This document shows positions 47,198-56,101 of a DNA stretch of 64,000 nt, in pieces. Under the pieces are notes generated by a model that had not been told where the DNA came from, searched no databases, and worked only from the letters and a program-made list of their open reading frames with translations. How positions within the stretch are numbered: the stretch's first letter is position 1; every line of letters begins with the position of its first letter. This stretch comes from an uncultured Gemmatimonadales bacterium (GTDB lineage: Bacteria > Gemmatimonadota > Gemmatimonadetes > Longimicrobiales > RSA9). A program made the position numbers and the translations under genes. The stretch lies in the NCBI GenBank assembly GCA_963798845.1, contig CAWCUS010000001.1, positions 332,999-396,998 on the forward strand, given 5' to 3'.

Positions 47198-49591
47198 TCA
47201 GCTGCGGACGGCTTCTCCGGCGCTCGCGCTCCCCGCCGAGGTGCGCCGGCGATAGTCGCGCTGCCACGCGCTCAGCAGCCCGTCCGTACGTCGGCCGCTG
47301 CCCAGCACTTCGCGCACCCGGTCGGGGTCCGCTTCCAGGCCATTGAAAACGCGCTCGGCGCCGAACGTCTTGATCAGCGCCTCCGCCGTCTTCTGCCCCA
47401 CGCCCTGATAGCTGTTGGAGAGGTAGCGGATCACCGCGCCCTCCTCCGTGGGCAACCCCAGATCGTTCGGATCGAACCCGGCCAGCTCCGGCGCCGGCTC
47501 CGCGCCGGCCGCCGGCTCGGTGACGGCGTCCTGCTCCGTCTCGGGCTCCGCCAGGGCTTCCGTGCTCGGCCGCGACCCGGGCGCGGCCGCGCCGTTGTCG
47601 TCCGGCGAGCCTGCCGACGCCGCGGGGCTCTCCGGCCCCACCTCGGGCACCTCCACCGCCTGCGCGGGCTCACTTGCCGCCGGCGACGACTCCTCGGCCA
47701 CCTGCGATGCCGCCCCGCCGCCCGTGGCCGCACTGCCCACTACCTGGCCCGGAAGGAGCGGCGGCGGACCGTCGCTCGCGCCAGCACGGCGCCCGCCCCT
47801 GCGACCGTAGCTGCGCGGCTTCTTCTCGCCGGCGCCACCAGCCGCTGCCATCCCGGCCGGCCTGGCCGGAGCCTCCGCGTCGGCCGGCTTCTCCGTCTCG
47901 GCCTCCGTCTCGGCCTCCGGCTCTGACGGCTTCTCCGTCTCGAGCGCCGCCGGCTCGGCCGCCTCTTCGGCCGCCGGCGCCGCGGCTTCCCTCACCGTCT
48001 CCTCACGCTCCGTCGTGGCTCCGGGGCGAGCCCGGTCCTCCGCCGCGGCCGTGGCCTGCGTGGCCGGCTCCTCCCGCTCCTCCCGCTCCTCCCGCTCCTC
48101 CCGCTCCTCCCGCTCCTCCCGCTCCTGCGGCTCCTGCCGCTCTCCGCGCTCCTTGTCGCGCTCCGATCGCTGCGAGCGCTCCCGCCCGCGCGGCCGCTCA
48201 CGTGCCTCGCGTGCCTCGCTGCGCTGCTCCTCGCGGCCCCGGTCGCGCTGCTCCGGACGCGACGCAGCGGCCTGAGCGCCCCTGCGGAGACGCGCCTCGT
48301 AGTACCCGTCGGGCGACTTCTGGAGGTCGATGACCTCCACGTCGTGCGCCTGTCGGAGGAAGCGGCTGAACTTCGTGAAGCCGAGCGAGGATTCGTCCCA
48401 CCCGGACTCCAGCTCCAGCATCTGGCGCTTGATGTCCGAGTCGCGCGCCGCATCGCCGGTCTGGTTCACCAGCTTCGAGATCGCCTGCTGGAGCAGGTCG
48501 TAGCCGTGCTGGAGGTCCTCCTCCCGGCGCTCGCGCGTGGACGGGTGCGGTTTCGGCCGCTCGGTGCGGGGCGAGCGTTTCGACTCCGCTCGCGGCTCCG
48601 ACCGTGGCTCCCGCTTCGGCTCCCGCTTCGGCTCCGGCCGCGCCGTGGACTCACGCCTCGACTCCGGCTGCCCGGGCTGCTCCGGCTGCTGCTGCTCCGG
48701 CTGCGGCAGCGGTGCGGCCGCCTCGGCCCGGGGCTCGTCGCGGCGATCGCGGCGGCCACGGCCCCGGCGGCGCTCATCGCGCCGGTCGTCCCGGCTCTCG
48801 TCCCGGCTCTCCCGTTCGCCGTTCTCGTACGGCTGGACCTCGTACTGTCCGTTCTCCAGCTTCCGCAACGCAAGCCGGTTCCGGGATGCGGCTTCCGTCA
48901 GGAACTTGTTGAACTTGCTGAACCCGAGCTGGCTCTCGTCGAAATTGCTGTCCAGCTCCAGCATCACCTGCTTCAGCCGGTCGGAGCGCATGACGTCGTT
49001 CTGCGACGCCATCTGCTCCACCGCCCGCTGCGTCAGCTCCCACGGGTCCGTGCGCGACACCACGTCCTCTTCGCCCGCCTTCGTGAGACCGGTGAGGGAG
49101 GAGTAGGAGAAGTACTCGTCGCAGTTCTGGACCAGCAGGTCCGACGCCGATTCACGCAGCCCGACGCCGATGACGTACTTGCCGTACTCCTTCAGCTTCA
49201 GGACCAGGCTGCTGAAGTCGGAGTCGCCGGAAAGCAGGATGTAGGTCCCGATCTCCGGGCGAGTGAAGACCAGCTCCAGCGCATCGATGGCCAGCCGTAT
49301 GTCCGTGGCGTTCTTCTTCGAGCTGCCGTACGCCGGCGCGAAGATCAGGTCCACGCTGGCTTCGCTCAGCGGAACGATGTACTGCGCGTAGCGGCGCCAG
49401 TCCGCGTAGGCGCGCTGCACCGCCACCTTTCCCTTGATGATGTCGCTGTTGAGGAGTTCCTTCAGCTGGCGGGTGAGATCACTGCGGATGCCCATCGTGA
49501 CGTTGTCGAAATCGATGAGCAGCGCTGCGTTCGGCGCAACTTCGGGCGCGCCGGCGCCCCCACGATGAGGGGCGTTGATGAAGTTCTGCAT
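47198..49591 (-). CDS. NYN-domain ribonuclease with two LOTUS/OST-HTH domains, long disordered tracts and a C-terminal HhH-like domain
   Basis: NYN: ALLIDFDNV, RAYADW, KNATDI.LAIDA, LLSGDSDF, VIGVG, NCDEY; LOTUS-like LKQVMLELDSNFDESQLGFSKFNKFL and IKRQMLELESGWDESSLGFTKFSRFL. Confidence 0.88.
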   Translation of the reverse strand: MQNFINAPHRGGAGAPEVAPNAALLIDFDNVTMGIRSDLTRQLKELLNSDIIKGKVAVQRAYADWRRYAQYIVPLSEASVDLIFAPAYGSSKKNATDIRLAIDALELVFTRPEIGTYILLSGDSDFSSLVLKLKEYGKYVIGVGLRESASDLLVQNCDEYFSYSSLTGLTKAGEEDVVSRTDPWELTQRAVEQMASQNDVMRSDRLKQVMLELDSNFDESQLGFSKFNKFLTEAASRNRLALRKLENGQYEVQPYENGERESRDESRDDRRDERRRGRGRRDRRDEPRAEAAAPLPQPEQQQPEQPGQPESRRESTARPEPKREPKREPRSEPRAESKRSPRTERPKPHPSTRERREEDLQHGYDLLQQAISKLVNQTGDAARDSDIKRQMLELESGWDESSLGFTKFSRFLRQAHDVEVIDLQKSPDGYYEARLRRGAQAAASRPEQRDRGREEQRSEAREARERPRGRERSQRSERDKERGERQEPQEREEREEREEREEREEREEPATQATAAAEDRARPGATTEREETVREAAAPAAEEAAEPAALETEKPSEPEAETEAETEKPADAEAPARPAGMAAAGGAGEKKPRSYGRRGGRRAGASDGPPPLLPGQVVGSAATGGGAASQVAEESSPAASEPAQAVEVPEVGPESPAASAGSPDDNGAAAPGSRPSTEALAEPETEQDAVTEPAAGAEPAPELAGFDPNDLGLPTEEGAVIRYLSNSYQGVGQKTAEALIKTFGAERVFNGLEADPDRVREVLGSGRRTDGLLSAWQRDYRRRTSAGSASAGEAVRS
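48067..48126. repeat. In-frame 9-bp tandem repeat GCTCCTCCC, about 6.5 copies (encodes EER/REE repeats in the NYN protein)
   Basis: Read directly. Confidence 0.92.
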
Positions 49592-49786
49592 GTCCTCGCG
49601 TTAACCTTCCGTTCGTGTGTTCCAGCGCGAGGCCCCTCGTTGCCGAGGGCGCCGATACAGGACCGGGTGCCGGGCGACGGATGTCGGCCGGCAGCCGGGC
49701 CGCATCGTGCGGCCTCCGGACAACCGAGGAGTCCCGCGACTCGGGCCCCGGAGCCATCCGGCTCGGAGACCCGTTCCGATTGGGTC

Positions 49787-51388
49787 CTACGGTCGGCGGC
49801 TCGATTCCTCGGCGCTGACCATCCGCGCCAGCTCGACCCGCCGGACCTTCCCGCTCCCCGTCAAGGGGAACGAATCGAAGAAGCGGACCAGGTCCGGGAC
49901 CTTGAAATCCGCCAGCGCGCTCCGGCACCAATCCCTGATTTCCTCGCCGGTGATGATGGCGCCTTCGACGGGCACCACGCACGCGCAAACCTGCTCGCCG
50001 AGAACCTCGTGCGGCAACCCGACCACGGCCACGTCCATCACGGCCGGGTGGGCGTGCAGTCGGTCCTCGACTTCACGGGGGTAGACGTTGAAACCCCCGC
50101 GGATGATCAACTCCTTCCGTCGGCCCACGAGGTGGAGATAGCCCTCCTCGTCGATCATGCCCAGGTCTCCGGTCTGGAAGTACCCGGCCTCGTCGAACGC
50201 GTGGGACGTCTCCCCGGGCTGACGGTAGTAGCCTTTCATCACGCCGGGGCCTCTTACCCCGATCTCCCCAAGACTTTCCACCGGCAGCACGCTGCCGTCG
50301 AAGTCCAGGATCCTGACATCAATGGAAGGGAGCGGCTTCCCCACCGTGAACACCTTCTTCTCATCGGGGTCGCTCGGCTGCGTCATGGCCACGGTGGACG
50401 CCGTTTCCGTGAGGGAATAGGCGACGCACAGCTCCGGACACAGCTCCGCTCTGATGCGGCGGACCAGGTCATCCCCGACCGGCGCGCCCGCCACGATTCC
50501 CGCGCGCAGCGAGCTCAGGTCGTAGGACCGCTCCTCCAGCTCCCGCAGCTCGGTGATGAACACCGTGGGCACGCCGTAGTGCACGGTCGCGCGGTGCTCC
50601 TCGATGAGCGACAGCGCGGCCGCAGGCTCGAACGTCTCCTGCAGCACCAGCGTCGCGCCGGCAATCAGCGTGCCGAGAATGCCCGGGCCGAGCCCGAACA
50701 CGTGGAAAACCGTGGTGACGCCGAAGACGACGTCGTCGTGGCGCAGCCCGATGGCGTCCGCCGTGGCGGCCGCCGTTTCCAGCAGGTTGGCGTGTGTGAG
50801 GGCCACCCCCTTCGGCTTTCCCATCGTGCCGGAGGTGTAGAGGATGGCGAAGACCTCGTCCGCGGCGGTGGGGGCGGGCTCGAACGCGCGGCTCTCGCCG
50901 CTGGAGAGCAGATCTTCGAACTGGTAGATCCGGTCGTCGTACCAGAGGTCCGCCTCGCCGACCGTGACCAGGTACTGCAGCTCCGGCAGCGAAGTCAGGA
51001 AGCCCTCGAACAGCTCCAGGTAGTCCACGCCATTGAAGTCCTCGGCCGACACCACGGCCGCCGCTTCCGAGTGCCGCAGCATGTACTGCAGCTCCGGCAT
51101 CGTGTAGCGCGGATTCAGCGGGACGATCACGGCTCCGAGCTTGGCGGCCGCGAACAGCGAGATGGCGAACTCGGTCCAGTTCGGCAGATCCAGCGCGATT
51201 CGGTCGCCAGCCTCGATCCCCAGCTCCCGCAGGGACGCGGCCAGCGCCGTTGAACGCTCGTCGACCTGGCCATAGGTCAGCCTGCGGTTTCCGGAAATCA
51301 AGAAGACGCGGTCGGCGTCCTCCGCAGTCCGCGCCTCCAGCGCTTCGGCGACCGTCCTTCCCTGTATGCGCTCGACGAGCGCCATCAC
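49787..51388 (-). CDS. Long-chain acyl-CoA ligase (class I adenylate-forming)
   Basis: YTSGTMGKPKG, YSLTET, TGDLG, GRRKELIIRGGFNVYPREVE, PLTGSGKV. Confidence 0.9.
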   Translation of the reverse strand: MMALVERIQGRTVAEALEARTAEDADRVFLISGNRRLTYGQVDERSTALAASLRELGIEAGDRIALDLPNWTEFAISLFAAAKLGAVIVPLNPRYTMPELQYMLRHSEAAAVVSAEDFNGVDYLELFEGFLTSLPELQYLVTVGEADLWYDDRIYQFEDLLSSGESRAFEPAPTAADEVFAILYTSGTMGKPKGVALTHANLLETAAATADAIGLRHDDVVFGVTTVFHVFGLGPGILGTLIAGATLVLQETFEPAAALSLIEEHRATVHYGVPTVFITELRELEERSYDLSSLRAGIVAGAPVGDDLVRRIRAELCPELCVAYSLTETASTVAMTQPSDPDEKKVFTVGKPLPSIDVRILDFDGSVLPVESLGEIGVRGPGVMKGYYRQPGETSHAFDEAGYFQTGDLGMIDEEGYLHLVGRRKELIIRGGFNVYPREVEDRLHAHPAVMDVAVVGLPHEVLGEQVCACVVPVEGAIITGEEIRDWCRSALADFKVPDLVRFFDSFPLTGSGKVRRVELARMVSAEESSRRP

Positions 51389-51505
51389 GCCTCCGTCCGG
51401 AGTCCTGTACCGGCGCGCCGCGCCGCGCGACCACGCCTCCCACCCAAAAACCGCAGAAACATAGTCTGGGTGCCCAGGAGCGTCAAACGCCCCCAGGCGT
51501 GCGGA

Positions 51506-52642
51506 TTATCGGCGCCGCGAGGCCTCCAGCGCCGCCAGCACCAGGGCGTCGGGCAGCGCGTGCGTCCACTCTCCCGCACCGCCGCGCGCCGGCTCACCGG
51601 GGCGCGCCACGAGCGCGTAACGGATGGCGCCGGCCCTCGCCTTCTTGTCCGATCTCGCCGCCTTCAGCACCTTTTTCGGTTCCATCCGATCGGGCACGGC
51701 CGTGGGGAGCCCGAACGCGGCCAGCGCCTCGGCGATGCGGGCGCTCGTGCCCGCGGCCGTCACACCCTCACGCTCTCCGGCCGCCGCCTCCACCACCATC
51801 CCGATGGCCACGGCGTCCCCGTGCGAGAGCCCGTAGCCGGAGACCCGCTCCAGCGCGTGCCCCACGGTGTGGCCGAAATTCAGCACCGCGCGCTCCCCCG
51901 CTTCCAGCACGTCCCGGGCGACCACGCCCGTCTTGATCCGGACCGAGCCCGCTACCAGCGCGGCCAGCGCCCGATCGTCTCGCCGGAAGATGGCATCCGC
52001 GTCGGCCACCAGGCGATCGAGGTAGTCGACGTCGGCGATGGCGCCGTGCTTGACGGCCTCGGCGAGGCCGGCGCGCAGCTCGCTGTCCGGCAGCGTGCTC
52101 AGGAAGCGCGGGTCCACCACCACCAGGCGCGGCTGGTGGAACGCGCCGACCAGGTTCTTTCCGGCGCTCAGGTCGAGCCCCGTCTTCCCGCCGATGGAGG
52201 CGTCCACCATGGCCAGGAGCGTGGTCGGCACCTGGACGAAGGCGACTCCCCGGCCGAACGTCGCGGCGGCGAAGCCCGCCACGTCGCCGGTCACGCCCCC
52301 GCCCAGCGCGACAATGCAACCATCGCGGCCGAGGCCGAGGTCGCCCAGCGCCTCCACCAGCGCCGCCCATCGCCCAGGCGTCTTGTGCGCCTCGCCCGCA
52401 CGGAGCCGCACCGCCTCGACGGCGTGCCCGGCCTCCCGAAGACGCGACAGGACGCGCTCGCCATGGAGGTCGGCGACGATGTCGTCGCAGACCAGGACGT
52501 ACTGCTGCGCCGGGACGTGGCGGCGCACCACCTCGCCCAGCCGGTCGGCGACGCCCGCGCCGATGATGATCTCGCACCGCTCCGGCGGGCGGGGCAGCAC
52601 CAGCGACACCAGCGCTTCGCCGCCGGCGGTCTCCTCGATCAC
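51506..52642 (-). CDS. aroB: 3-dehydroquinate synthase
   Basis: ALGGGVTGDVAGFAAAT..RG, VPTTLLAMVDASIGGKTG, KNLVGAFHQP, LNFGHT.GHALE, HGDAVAIGM, DKK; GTG overlaps the ybdK stop. Confidence 0.95.
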   Translation of the reverse strand: MIEETAGGEALVSLVLPRPPERCEIIIGAGVADRLGEVVRRHVPAQQYVLVCDDIVADLHGERVLSRLREAGHAVEAVRLRAGEAHKTPGRWAALVEALGDLGLGRDGCIVALGGGVTGDVAGFAAATFGRGVAFVQVPTTLLAMVDASIGGKTGLDLSAGKNLVGAFHQPRLVVVDPRFLSTLPDSELRAGLAEAVKHGAIADVDYLDRLVADADAIFRRDDRALAALVAGSVRIKTGVVARDVLEAGERAVLNFGHTVGHALERVSGYGLSHGDAVAIGMVVEAAAGEREGVTAAGTSARIAEALAAFGLPTAVPDRMEPKKVLKAARSDKKARAGAIRYALVARPGEPARGGAGEWTHALPDALVLAALEASRRR

Positions 52643-53781
52643 TCCGCCCGCTGCTTCCGCCGACGGTCGAAGCCCGTCCCCAGCAGCGTCTCCCGAACCA
52701 GCCACGCCATCACCTCCTCGAAGGACCCCGTCTCCGCGTGCACGCGACGCAGACGATCCGCGCCGTTGCCCCGCTCCAGCATCGTCTCCACCCGCTCCAG
52801 CACCCCCAGATCCCCCACCGCCGACGCCAGCTGCGCCGCGCCGTCGAGGATCCGCCGTATCGCCGGTCGCACGCCCGTCTTCCCGCTCGGGGTCTCCGGG
52901 TCCGTGAGCGCGCCGTCCAGCCCGAACCTCGCCGCGTGCCACTCGTTCTCGGTCAGGACCTCGCGCCAGACGTCCGGGCTCAGCCCCCCGGAGCCGGGCG
53001 CCTCGAGCTCCCCTTCCGCCACGCCCATGACCACGAGCCTCGCCAGCGCGGCGATCGTGGCGGCGTCTTCGAGCCGCGGGCAGACGTCCATCGCCCGGAA
53101 CTCCAGCGTCGGATAGGAGAAGTGGGGACGCAGGCTCCAGTACACGTTGCCCCGGTCCTGGATCGCTTCGCTCCGCAGCAGAAGGCTGATGAACCTGCGG
53201 TACTCCTCGTCACTTTCGAAGCGCGGCGGCACGCCGGTGTAGGGGTACTGCCGCCACAGGATCGAACGGTACGATGCGAACCCGGTGTCCTCCGCGTCCA
53301 GGAACGGTGAGCTGGCGGAGAGCGCCACCAGGTGCGGGATGAAGCCGCGAACCTGCTCCATCAGCATCGTCCGGTCGATGCGGTCCGGCACGCCCACGTG
53401 CACGTGCATGCCGAAGATGTTGACCTCCCGGGCGATCCGGTCATGGCGCTCGACGATGGCCCGGTAGCGCTCGTCCGGGTGGATCCCCGCGCCTTCCCAC
53501 GCGCTGAACGGGTGCAGCCCCGCCGCCGCGATGTCCACCCCCTCCGCCGCGGCCGTCGTGGCCGCCTGGAAGCGCTGGCGACGGAGCTCTCCCTCCACCT
53601 CCTCCACCGTCCCGCACACCGGCGTGCCGATCTCCACGGTGGTCTCGTGCAGCTCACCGCGCAGCTCGTTCGCCCAGTCCGTGGCCAGCACGTCGGACGC
53701 GCGGCTGCGCAGCGCACCCGTGTCGGGGTCCACCAGCTGGTACTCCTCCTCCACGCCCATCGTGTATTCGTGGTTGGCCAT
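52639..53781 (-). CDS. YbdK-family carboxylate-amine ligase (GCS2, glutamate-cysteine ligase-like)
   Basis: MGVEEEYQLVD, EIGTPVC, GLHPF, FGMHVHVG, ALSASSPF, TGFASYR, YWSLRP..SYPTLEFRAMD. Confidence 0.92.
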   Translation of the reverse strand: MANHEYTMGVEEEYQLVDPDTGALRSRASDVLATDWANELRGELHETTVEIGTPVCGTVEEVEGELRRQRFQAATTAAAEGVDIAAAGLHPFSAWEGAGIHPDERYRAIVERHDRIAREVNIFGMHVHVGVPDRIDRTMLMEQVRGFIPHLVALSASSPFLDAEDTGFASYRSILWRQYPYTGVPPRFESDEEYRRFISLLLRSEAIQDRGNVYWSLRPHFSYPTLEFRAMDVCPRLEDAATIAALARLVVMGVAEGELEAPGSGGLSPDVWREVLTENEWHAARFGLDGALTDPETPSGKTGVRPAIRRILDGAAQLASAVGDLGVLERVETMLERGNGADRLRRVHAETGSFEEVMAWLVRETLLGTGFDRRRKQRAE

Positions 53782-53910
53782 GCTTCTCGGGGCTCACCGT
53801 GTCGGGTGCCGCAGGGTACGGCTCTGAGGGTTTCGGTGGCAAATGCGGGGCCCGGAGAAACAGCGAGGCGCGCGCTCCACACACGAGCCTCTTCCATTCC
53901 GAAATCGCTT

Positions 53911-54012
53911 CATTATATTCTCTTCCCGACGGAGCACAGGTGCTCAAACGGGGCGCTCCGGCCATATGACGGAACGGCTAACAACCGCGTCTCTTTGCAG
54001 GGGCGCTTTTTT
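53911..54012 (+). promoter_or_regulatory. Structured leader with intrinsic terminator and alternative antiterminator pairing (attenuator or riboswitch candidate)
   Basis: -10-like TATATT at 53914-53919; terminator GCGTCTCT-ttgc-AGGGGCGC-TTTTTT at 53987-54012; second copy of GGGGCGC at 53950-53956. Confidence 0.6.
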
Positions 54013-54032
54013 CATGGGGTACGAACGAACCG

Positions 54033-55067
54033 ATGCCGCTGAATATCGGGCTCGCGTACAATCAGAAGCCTGACCCGGAGGACGAGCCTCCCGGTACCAG
54101 GCGTCCCCTCGACGACCGATTCGCCGAGTGGGACGACCCCTCGACAATCGCGGCCGTCGAGGCTGCGCTCGCCGAAGCCGGCGATGTGATCCGGCTCGAA
54201 GCCGATGAGGACTTCCCCGCCCGCCTCCGGGCGACCCGGCCCGACATCGTCTTCAACATCGCGGAGGGGCTGAACGGCCCCAACCGGGAAGCGCACGTCC
54301 CGGCCATCTGCGAGTTCTTCGGCATTCCCTACACCGGCAGCGACCCCCTCGCCCTGGCGCTCAGCCTGGACAAGCGGCGGGCCAAGGACGTGTTCCGTGC
54401 CGCCGGGGTCCCGACGCCCGCGGGCGTGTCGGTGTCGCGGCCGGAAGAGCGGCAGCTGGCGCTGCACGTGCCGATCCCGGCCATGGTGAAGCCGCTCTTC
54501 GAGGGCTCCAGCAAGGGCATCCCCGAGAGCGCGCTGTGCGAGAGTCCGGACGACGTGCTGGCACGCGTGGACGCCGTCCTGGAGGAGTACGGCCAGCCGG
54601 CGCTCGTGGAGACCTTCCTCCCCGGCCGGGAGTTCACGTGCGCCGTGCTGGGCAACGGTGACGGCGCGCGGGCGCTCCCGCTGGTGGAGATCCGGTTCGA
54701 CGCGCTGCCGGCGGGCGCGAAGCCGATTTACGGCTACGAGGCGAAGTGGGTCTGGGACACGCCCGACCGGCCGCTCTCCATTTTCAGCTGCCCCGCGGCG
54801 GTGGATGGGGCGCTGGGGTCGCTGATCGAGGGCACTGCGGTCGCCGCGTTCACCGCGCTCGGCTGCCGCGACTGGGCCCGGGTCGACCTCCGCCTCGACG
54901 ACGCCGGGCTCCCCCACGTGCTGGAGATCAATCCGCTCCCCGGCGTCCTGCCGGATCCGGAGCAGAATTCCTGCTACCCCAAGGCGGCACGGGCGGCCGG
55001 AATGGACTACGGCCAGATGATCCGGGCCGTGCTCGATGCTGGGCTGAACAGGTACGGCCTGCGATGA
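54033..55067 (+). CDS. D-alanine-D-alanine ligase-like ATP-grasp protein 1
   Basis: VFNIAEG, GIPYTGS...L.LDK, VKPLFEGSSKGI, VETFLPGREF, YGYEAKW, ARVDLR, LEINPLPG. Confidence 0.88.
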   Translation: MPLNIGLAYNQKPDPEDEPPGTRRPLDDRFAEWDDPSTIAAVEAALAEAGDVIRLEADEDFPARLRATRPDIVFNIAEGLNGPNREAHVPAICEFFGIPYTGSDPLALALSLDKRRAKDVFRAAGVPTPAGVSVSRPEERQLALHVPIPAMVKPLFEGSSKGIPESALCESPDDVLARVDAVLEEYGQPALVETFLPGREFTCAVLGNGDGARALPLVEIRFDALPAGAKPIYGYEAKWVWDTPDRPLSIFSCPAAVDGALGSLIEGTAVAAFTALGCRDWARVDLRLDDAGLPHVLEINPLPGVLPDPEQNSCYPKAARAAGMDYGQMIRAVLDAGLNRYGLR

Positions 55068-56101
55068 GGATCGCCGTCGCCTACGACCGCGCCGCCGACG
55101 CCCGCGAGGGCGACGCCCCGCACTCCGGCCGTGACGACGCGGCCGTCCGGGACCGCCCCGCTTCCTCCCCCGCCCCCGCGCTCCCGGAGCGATCCGCCGC
55201 CGCGCCCGATGTGGCCGGGGTGCGCGAGGCGGTGGACGCCGTGGTCGAGAGCCTGGGGCGCCTCGGCCACGCCGCGTTCCCCGTCGCAGTGCACGCGCCG
55301 CTGGAGCGGTTCCTCACCCGATTGAGAGGCGTGGAGCTGGTCTTCAACCTCGCCGAGGGGCTCGACGGACGGGCGGAGGACGAGCCGCGCCTCGCCGCCC
55401 TCATGGAGCTCTCCGGGCACCCCGTCACCGGCGCGTCCTCGGACACGCTGGCGCTGTGCCGGCGCAAGGACCGGGTCAACACCCTGGCCGCCAGCCGCGG
55501 GCTGGCCGTTCCGCCCTGGGCGGTGGCCCGGCCAGGCCGGCCCGGATGCCCGCTCCCCGGCTGGACGATCTTCCCGGCCATCGTCAAGCCGGTGGACGAG
55601 GACGGGTCCGTCGGCATCCACGGGGACTCCGTGGTGGAGGACGCGCTCGAGCTCACCGCCTCGCTCGAGCGCGCGGACGGCGAGGTCCTCGTCCAGGCCT
55701 TCGTCGCCGGTCGCGAGTTCAACGTCGGCTTCGTCGGTGAAGAGGCCCTGCCGCTGGCGGAGATCGTGTTCGCCGGAACGCAGCGGGTGGTGAGCTACGC
55801 TGCCAAGTGGGCACCGGGCTCGGCCGACGACCTGTCGACCCTCCCCGTCTGCCCCGCCCGCGTCACCGCCACGTTCCACGACGACGCCGTGGCGCTCGCC
55901 CGTGAGGCCTGGGGCGCCGTGGGCGGACACGGGTACGGCCGCGTGGACCTCCGCACGAACGCAGATGGTCGGCTGAACCTGCTGGACGTCAACCCGAACC
56001 CCGACCTGGCTCCCTCCGCCGGGCTGGCGCGCATGGCGCGCGTGGCCGGCTGGGGCTTCGACGATCTGGTGGCACGGATCGTGGAGGAAGCGGTCGCATG
56101 A
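55064..56101 (+). CDS. D-alanine-D-alanine ligase-like ATP-grasp protein 2
   Basis: VFNLAEG, PVTGAS, IVKPVDEDGSVGI, FVAGREFNV, SYAAKW, YGRVDLR, LDVNPNPDL; ATGA overlap with ligase 1. Confidence 0.85.
   Translation: MRIAVAYDRAADAREGDAPHSGRDDAAVRDRPASSPAPALPERSAAAPDVAGVREAVDAVVESLGRLGHAAFPVAVHAPLERFLTRLRGVELVFNLAEGLDGRAEDEPRLAALMELSGHPVTGASSDTLALCRRKDRVNTLAASRGLAVPPWAVARPGRPGCPLPGWTIFPAIVKPVDEDGSVGIHGDSVVEDALELTASLERADGEVLVQAFVAGREFNVGFVGEEALPLAEIVFAGTQRVVSYAAKWAPGSADDLSTLPVCPARVTATFHDDAVALAREAWGAVGGHGYGRVDLRTNADGRLNLLDVNPNPDLAPSAGLARMARVAGWGFDDLVARIVEEAVA

Noticed and set aside
52639-53781. egtA of ergothioneine synthesis
   Set aside because: Motifs fit the YbdK subfamily, and the gene lies about 50 kb from egtD with no egtB/egtC
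53925-54012. c-di-GMP-I or SAH riboswitch
   Set aside because: Only fragments resemble them (GCACAGG..CAAAC, CTCCGGCC, GGGGCGC..AAC); the GNRA-capped P2 of c-di-GMP-I and the GCCAGGC core of SAH are missing
54033-56101. Housekeeping ddl or vanA/vanB resistance ligases
   Set aside because: They lack the GGxSxE and LHG..GEDG signatures, and there is no mur/fts or vanH/vanX context
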